A stretch of 64,000 bases of DNA from the human T2T-CHM13v2.0 reference genome, Homo sapiens: positions 7,424,001 to 7,488,000 of the forward strand of contig CP068257.2 in the NCBI GenBank assembly GCA_009914755.4, given 5' to 3'. The notes beneath the pieces are model-generated. The model searched no databases. It had not been told where the DNA came from and was given only the letters and a program-made list of their open reading frames with translations. Shown here piece by piece: positions 56,498 through 64,000 of this stretch (positions are counted from its first letter, which is position 1; every line of letters starts with the position of its first letter). The position numbers were made by a program, and so were the translations under genes.

Positions 56498-57369
56498 GCT
56501 TGTTGTTTTCATCTCATCCTGATTTCCGAATACAGGAGAGAAGCTGAGTTGGTGTTCACTAACAAGCACAGAAGCTTTGTTATATTTACAGTGTCATTCT
56601 TGGCAAAACCTGAAGGGTGTGTTTGTGGGGTGATGAGGTTCAGTCACCTGTGACCTGTGCATCTGGTCAGCACTGTGGTGACATCCTTAGGAATCCATGG
56701 GGAGAGAGAAAGCATTCAGGAGTTAGTGGGTCACATTTGACAAGGGCCAATAAAGAAATATGCAAAGACAAAAAACAAGAAGAACATTGTCATATTTTCT
56801 ACCTTTTGTTTATATAAATTTATGTCAATGATTTTAGCTTATGTTAATATGCAATGTATATAATATGCTAACATTTACAATATATGTTTATAGTTTAAAC
56901 ATTTCTGTCATATTTTCAGATTCTTTAAAGATTATATTACGCTTCCTATTTCAGATAGCTGCTTAAAATGAGTAAGGAAAAACGGATGTGTGCATCAGTT
57001 CCAACTGTTTATGTACTAAAACTAGTTGATATCTTGGTTAAGAACAAAAAGTGACAACCTAATTAACTGAAAATTTTAAGTGGGCAATTATAGTTTTAGC
57101 TTTAACGTAAAATATTAACTATGCTCCATTCTTGCATTTTTAACCTAATACTCAATATAAATCACCACGTGCCATGTTTCAGATCAAGGTTTTACTTGGG
57201 ATCTCTCATGAGTTTTTCAAGGTTTTAATTATCTGCAATGTAACAATGTACCAGTAACCTTACTGGCTTAAACCAGGAATTTATTCTTTTTACATGTCAC
57301 AATTTTCTGGGTCAAGACACTGGACAGGGCAGTGTGGGTTGGCTGCTTCGTGATGTCCCTGGTCTCATC

Positions 57370-57450
57370 TGGGAGGACTCTAGTGGCTGGGGACATGAAG
57401 CAGGCACCCAGAAGGACTCTAGTGGCTGGGGACATGGAGCAGGCACCGAG
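57370..57450. repeat. Local tandem duplication (about 39 bp, 2 copies)
   Basis: ggactctagtggctggggacatg(a/g)agcaggcacc appears twice in tandem. Confidence 0.8.
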
Positions 57451-57834
57451 CCCTCTCTTTGTGGCCAGCACGGACTTCCTCCCAGTCTGGCAGTGTCAGT
57501 TACTCAGGTTTGTCTGGCTTCTCCCAGGGTGTGTGTCCAAGAGGCCCAGGCAGAAGCTGTAAGGCCTCTCATGATCATCCCTCAGAAGTCCCAGAGCATC
57601 TATCCTGCCACACTGTCCAGTCATACTCATCACTGAGACCAGCCATGATTCAAGGGGGGAAGGTGATTAGATTCCACCTCTTGATGAGAAGAATAGTAGG
57701 AACCTGCAGCAGTCTTTAATAAACCACAGTTTGTCCTCTGGCCACAAACTATTAACGTTTCTCCCACATGCAAATTATGCTTTGCCCCTCTCAAGAGTCC
57801 CAGAATGGTTTTCCTTATGGCACTGGCTGGTAGC

Positions 57835-58030
57835 CCAACTGAATCCTGAATCAGGTTGTGGTGGCCTGTCATCTGCACCCACACACACTCAGCCGCAGTG
57901 AGGACTGAATCAAGTTATGGTGGCCTGTCATCTGCCCCCCCACACACAGCCACAGTGGGGACTGAATCAGGTTGTTGTGACCTATCATCTGTGCCCACAC
58001 ACTCAGCCGCAGTGAGGGGACTGGTGTGAA
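57835..58030. repeat. Tandem repeat of about 60 bp, 3 copies
   Basis: gactgaatcaggttgtggtggcctgtcatctgcacccacacacactcagccgcagtgag appears three times with variants. Confidence 0.85.
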
Positions 58031-60116
58031 AACAGTCAGCATTTCCCTTTAGAAGCTGTTGGTGGGAGGCAGGAGGGAGGTGCTGCCCTGCAGGCCCCGT
58101 CTAACAGCTGGTCATTCCCATGGGGCGCCTGTTACAGTTCTGTGATTAGTGCCCAGTACGGGTCCCTGAGAACGGCGCCCAGTCCTTGTCCCTGAGAACG
58201 GCGTTTGTGTCCTTTTACTTCTCCCTCTGGGCTTTTGTCATTCTCCATGTTCTTTTTCCTTCAGTGCCTGGGTTGCCGTTGACCAACTTTCTCTGCCTTT
58301 TTCTTATGGTCAATAGGGTATTCAATGGCTTCTTTTTAATTTTTTTCCTTTTCTTTTTTTTTTTCTTTGGCCTTTTGAGACAAGAAATTATTTCTTTATA
58401 TTTTCTCTAAATTTTGTTTGAAAAGTGAACTTCCTTCTTTAGATCATGTCCCTCTCCTGTCATATTTATTCAATGACAGTTAGGGTAGGCTGGTAGCACT
58501 TTCCATGTTCTTCCCAGATGTCTCCTTAGGCAGATCCCTGAGATGGTGCAGTGCCCTTTCGGTTTCCATGTTGTGGCTGTAGTTTTCTCACAGTCCCTCA
58601 GCACATAACTCTCAGGCCTTTTCCCCACTTTCCAATGACATTTTCTCACCGTCCTTCAGGCCCTGACCAAGAGTCTTGATGCCCTTCCAGGTTGCATGAA
58701 TGGTCTCCTTGAGGCCCAGTTAAAGGTCAGCCTCACAGTCGTGGCACATATTGTAGCTTCTGATTACCACAGCGGCTCATTTCCAGCTACCATATTCTGT
58801 TCCAGTTATCTATTCTGAAGAAACCATCCCCAAAACTTGGCAGCTTAAAACAACTCATTATTACCTGTTTTTTGGCTTAGAGAGTCTTGGTGGCCAGCTC
58901 ATCTCACACACAGTTGCAGCCAAGCTGGATTGTGTGAAAGCACAGTGGGGTGGTGTGCAGGGTGGCTCACTAGTGGTTGGGAGTGGATGTTGCTGAAGGC
59001 TCACTAGTGGTTGGGAGTCGGTGTTGCTGGAGGGTCAGTGGGGGATGTCAATGTGTGTAGCTAGTCACGGACTGGCCATGTGGTTTCCATCATGAGGTCT
59101 CAGGGGAGTGGGATTTCCTGCCTGGTGACTGGCTTTCTCCTGGATAAGTGTTCTGTTTTCTCAGCCTGGCTTCTGAAGTCCCCAAATACCACCTTTGTCA
59201 CCTTCTGTTGGCCAAGCAAGTTAGTAGTCTGGGCAAGGTTTAAGGGGAATTGGTTCTCACAGAGAGAGGAGCAGGAAAGAAGTTGTCACCTTTAGTCTAC
59301 CAGAAATATGATTTTTATAACAAGTTTGTTCCAAATACATTCCAGTTCCCCTTGTGAATACTTTTTTGACTCACAGGGTATTTCAAAGTTTATTACTTGG
59401 TTTTCAGACATTTGAGGCTTTTCTGGATATCAATTTGTTGTTGGTTTCTAATTTAATTTCAGGTGTTCAGACAACATACTTTGTATACTATGTCATGCTT
59501 GAACATTTTCTCAATTGATCAACATACAGTCTATCTTGGTACTGCCAAGTACCATTTGGGTCAGGATTTTGTCATTTAGATCCGTATTTTTCCTATATTT
59601 TTATCTGGTTGTTCCGTCAGTTACTGAGAGAGCAGTATTAATTCACCAGCTATAATTTTGGATTGTCAATTTCCTGCTTTTGTTCTGTTGTTTTTGATTC
59701 ACGTAATTTGAGGCTCTGTGTGTGAGAGTACTTTGTGTGCACTTTGAGGTACAATTTATAATTGTAACATCACCCTCTCTGATTCTTTTATTTTTATGAA
59801 ATTACCTTTTTTATTTCTGGTGATATATTTTGTTCTGGAGCCTCTTTCATCTAGTGTTAACGTCTCTGTTGAAGCTTTTTATGATTAGTGTCTGGATAGC
59901 ATATTTTTATGATTAGTGTCTGCATAGCATATTTTTTCTCATACTTTGTGTCTTTGTATTTAAATTGTGTCTCTGTGGATGCCATATTGTTGGGTCTTGC
60001 TTTCCTCTCAGGTCTGGCAGTCTCTGTCTTAAGTAGAGTATTTGTCCAGTTACATTGTAACTAATCATTGCTAAGGTTGGATTTAGGTCTGCCATTTTTC
60101 TACTTATTTTCTATTT

Positions 60117-60413
60117 GTTTTTTTTTTTTTTTTAAGACAGGGTCTTGCTCTGTCACCGAGACTGTAGTGCAATGGTGTAATGTTGGCTCACTGCAACCTC
60201 TGCCTCCCAGGCCCAACCAATCCTCACTGGAGCCCACTGAGTAGCTGGGACTACAGGCACATGGAAACACACCTGGCTAATTTTTATATTTTTTGTAGAG
60301 ATAGGGTTTTGCCATGTTGCACAGGCTGGTCTTGAACTCCTGAGCTCAAGCAATCTACCCACCTTGGCCTCCCAAAGTGTTTGGATGACAGGCATGAGCC
60401 ACCATGTCTGGCC
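60117..60413 (-). mobile_element. Alu SINE, minus orientation
   Basis: Reverse-complement Alu consensus. Confidence 0.9.
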
Positions 60414-60524
60414 TTCGTCTGTGTTTTGATCTTCTATATATTCTTTCCTAACTTCTTTTGGGTTAAATATTTCTAAATATTCCAGTTTGATTAATATTTT
60501 GGCTTTTTGAAATAATTTTTTATA

Positions 60525-60824
<300 letters not shown>

Positions 60825-61167
60825 TTATAAATAATTTATTATTTAGAATTTTCGTAACAAACACATACCTTAAAATTTACCATCGTAACCAGTTGTAGGT
60901 ATACAGTTTTGTAGAGTTAAGAATATTTACGGTGCTGTGTAGCAGATTTCTAGATTTTTTTTTTATCTTGGAAAATTCTATACCCATTCAACAACTATTA
61001 ATTTCCCCCTCCTTCCACCTCCTGGCAAGTACTATTCTACTTTGTGTTTCTAAAAATTTGGCTTATATACCTAGGGTTATATAATATTTGTTGTTTTGTA
61101 AGTAGGTTCCATGTTATGTGTCAGATGTGTCACGATTTTCTTCCTTTCTATGGCTGAATAATATTTC

Positions 61168-61235
61168 TTCATATATATATTATATATATATTACATATAT
61201 AATATATATATATATATCATGTATATATATATGCT
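61168..61235. repeat. (TA)n / AT-rich microsatellite, imperfect
   Basis: atatatatattatatatatattacatatataatatatatatatatatcatgtatatatatat. Confidence 0.85.
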
Positions 61236-63689
61236 TTTGTTTATCCACCTATTTCTGGACGGACGTTTTGGTTTCTTCCACCTTGTGGCTGTGTAATGCT
61301 GCTGTGAACTTAGGTGTGCACATATCTGTTTGAGGTCCTGCTACTAGTTATTCTGTCTCTGTAATAGTTGGATGGCTGGATCATATGGTCATTTTATTTT
61401 ATTTTTTTTGAGGAGCCAGTTCATATTTCCACCAACAGTGTTCAAGGGTTACAGTTTCACCTGCGCTTGTTACTTTCTGTTGGGTTTGAAGTGATGTCCC
61501 ATTGTGGTTTCTTTTTGCATTTCTCTAATGACTAGTGATGTTACACATCTTCTCATATATCTCATGTATCTGTTGGCTATTTGTATATCATCTTTGCATC
61601 TTTGGATAAATGTTGTTTGTCCATTTTTTAATCATTTTATTTTGTTGTTGGGTTGTAGCGGGGTTTTTGTCATGATCATTCATTTATCTCACAGTTCATT
61701 CTCATTACTTGGGCCAGGGTCATGATGGTTCATTATCTCTCAGTTCATCCTCATTACGTTGGGCAAACAGTCATGCTGCAGGGTATAGATTATGTTATTC
61801 TGTTACTTTCAGGTAGAATTGGGGTCTAGGTTATAATTGTTTCTAAGTTTAGATTCTGAATGAGAATCAGCAGAGGTAGACCACCACTGCTGGGGCCTGG
61901 GGATTGCTGGGAAAAAGGCAGGAAACAAATACAGACCTGACCATGGAGGGTTTGTGTTTCATGGCTCCCATCTGGGTACCCAAGGAACCTACACGTAGCT
62001 CGTGTGTGGAGAGCCTACATTGCCCACTCAAAGCAATTGAGGATGGAACAGTCTTGGGGCTGGAGCTCATTATTTGGAATGATAACCACATCTGCACAGA
62101 GAGGACCTGATAAGATGTTGTCCTTCCATGTATATCTGGGAATCCTGTGTAGGGTCTCTCTGTAAGGACAGGAGCAGTGTTGGCTCCTTGGCCTCTAGTT
62201 AGCCTCACGAGTAGTCTAGTAAAGGCTTTGCCAACTTGTCACCATCTGTGGATATTCTGGCCAGCTCTTGTTTTCACCCTACTGACTTCTTCAGACACTA
62301 GGCTTTTGCTTCAGACCATTCATGGTTTTTCTTCCTCTTCAAATCAGTAATCAATAAATCCTCTTCAAATCAATAAATTTCCACTCCTTTAGGAAACTCT
62401 GATCTTCTGGTCATGCCAAGGTTTAATTAACTGGTTTAATTGTTTTTCTGTTTTCTTGGTTTCTTTTTCCTTCTTCCTGGGGGTTTCTAGTAATTTTAGT
62501 TTGATGTCTCACTTTCTCCATTTTTTATTTCTTAGTTTTCTTCTGTGATTATTTTCACTGCAGCTGCAGGGCCTAATCCTGGGTTGGCAGATAACTAGCA
62601 CTTACTCTGCCCTAATTGGAATCCGGGAGAGATAGGAGGTGCTCTAGTGTGAAAATGTGTTTGCTCCTCTCTGCTTCTGGTAGTCTCTCTGTAGGAGTAC
62701 TTTACGTATTCTGAATGTTCACTTCTTATGAGATACATGATGTGCAACTATAGGTTGAATGTCTCTGATCCAAAAATCTGAAATCCCAAATGCTCCAAAG
62801 TCTGAAACTTTTTGAGTGCCAACATGACACTCAAAGGAAATGCTTATTGGAGCATCGCAGACTCAGGTGTTTGAATTCGAGATGCTCAACCAGTAAGAAT
62901 AATGCAAATATTACAAAATCTGAAACACATCCCAAGCATTTCAAATAAGGGACACTCAACTGGTATTTTCTTTTATTCTACAGTTTGCCTTTTACCCTGT
63001 TGGTTGTGACCTTTGTGGTACAGAAGTTTTTAGGTTTGATATATTTTTGCTTTTACTGCCTGAGCTTTTAATGTCATATCCTAAAAATTATTGACAAATT
63101 CATCATCATAAAGCATTTTCCAAATTTGTTTTCCCTAGGAGTTTGATAGTTCTAGTTTTACTTTTGGGTTTATAATTCACTTTGAATTAATTTTAACGTG
63201 GTGTAAGGTAAGAGTCCAACTTCATTATTTTGCATGTAGTTATACAATTTTCCCAACACCATTTGTTGAAGAAACTGTCCTTCGCCATTGAGTGGTCTTG
63301 GCATCCTTGTGGAAGATCATCAGACCATATATGCCAGGGTTGGTTTCTGAGGTCTCTGTTGTGTTGGTCGATAAGTGTGTCAAGTATGTCTTTACGCCAT
63401 GACCACTTTTTTTTTGGCTTATTGCAGTTTTGTAATTGTTTTGAGACCTTTAATTTTGTTCTGCTTCAAGATTGATTTGCCTATTCATGGGCCCTGGAGA
63501 TTCCATATGAATTTTAGGATAGGTTTTTCTGTTTATCAAAAATGTCATTGGAATCTTTATAAGGATTGTATTGAACCTAGGTCACTTCGAGTAGTGTTGA
63601 CATCATTCCAAGATGAAATCATCTAATCTGCAAACCCACCTTTTCTTTTCATTTATTTGTGTTTAATTTCTTTCAACAGTGTTTTATAG

Positions 63690-64000
<311 letters not shown>

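Overview
This window is primate (almost certainly human) nuclear genomic DNA, not a prokaryotic locus. About half of it is recognisable interspersed repeats. There are at least 27 Alu SINEs (consensus left and right monomers, A-tails, some target-site duplications). There are several L1 LINEs: a 5.3 kb L1PA element at about 30.7-36.0 kb with broken ORF1 and ORF2, a minus-strand L1 at 37.8-41.9 kb split by four Alus, an ancient L1M-like element at about 5.6-10.1 kb, and smaller 3' fragments. A cluster of betaretrovirus-like (HERV-K/HML-type) proviral fragments lies at about 17.7-24.6 kb, with gag-pro present twice, a Lys-type PBS, a dUTPase domain in pro, and a deleted pol. I did not find any convincing cellular protein-coding exon. 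The long ORFs in the track are retroelement remnants or stop-poor GC-rich DNA, not genes. The only clear non-repeat functional signal is a CpG island of about 0.6 kb at about 44.1-44.7 kb with Sp1 and ETS/GABP-like motifs, probably a promoter and first exon of an unidentified transcript. Other points: a 42-bp minisatellite that keeps a 14-residue repeat ORF (46.99-47.21 kb), a 36-bp minisatellite (49.3-49.6 kb), an unclassified GC-rich interspersed repeat present as two diverged inverted copies (37.2-37.8 kb and 53.8-54.5 kb) plus a related pair of segments (48.2-48.7 and 55.3-55.8 kb), and a possible twin-priming inversion in an L1. I see no CRISPR array, no operon-like gene cluster and no defence-system architecture. 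The interest here is in transposable-element nesting, a putative promoter and coding-competent tandem repeats. All coordinates are approximate to within about 10 bp, judged by eye.
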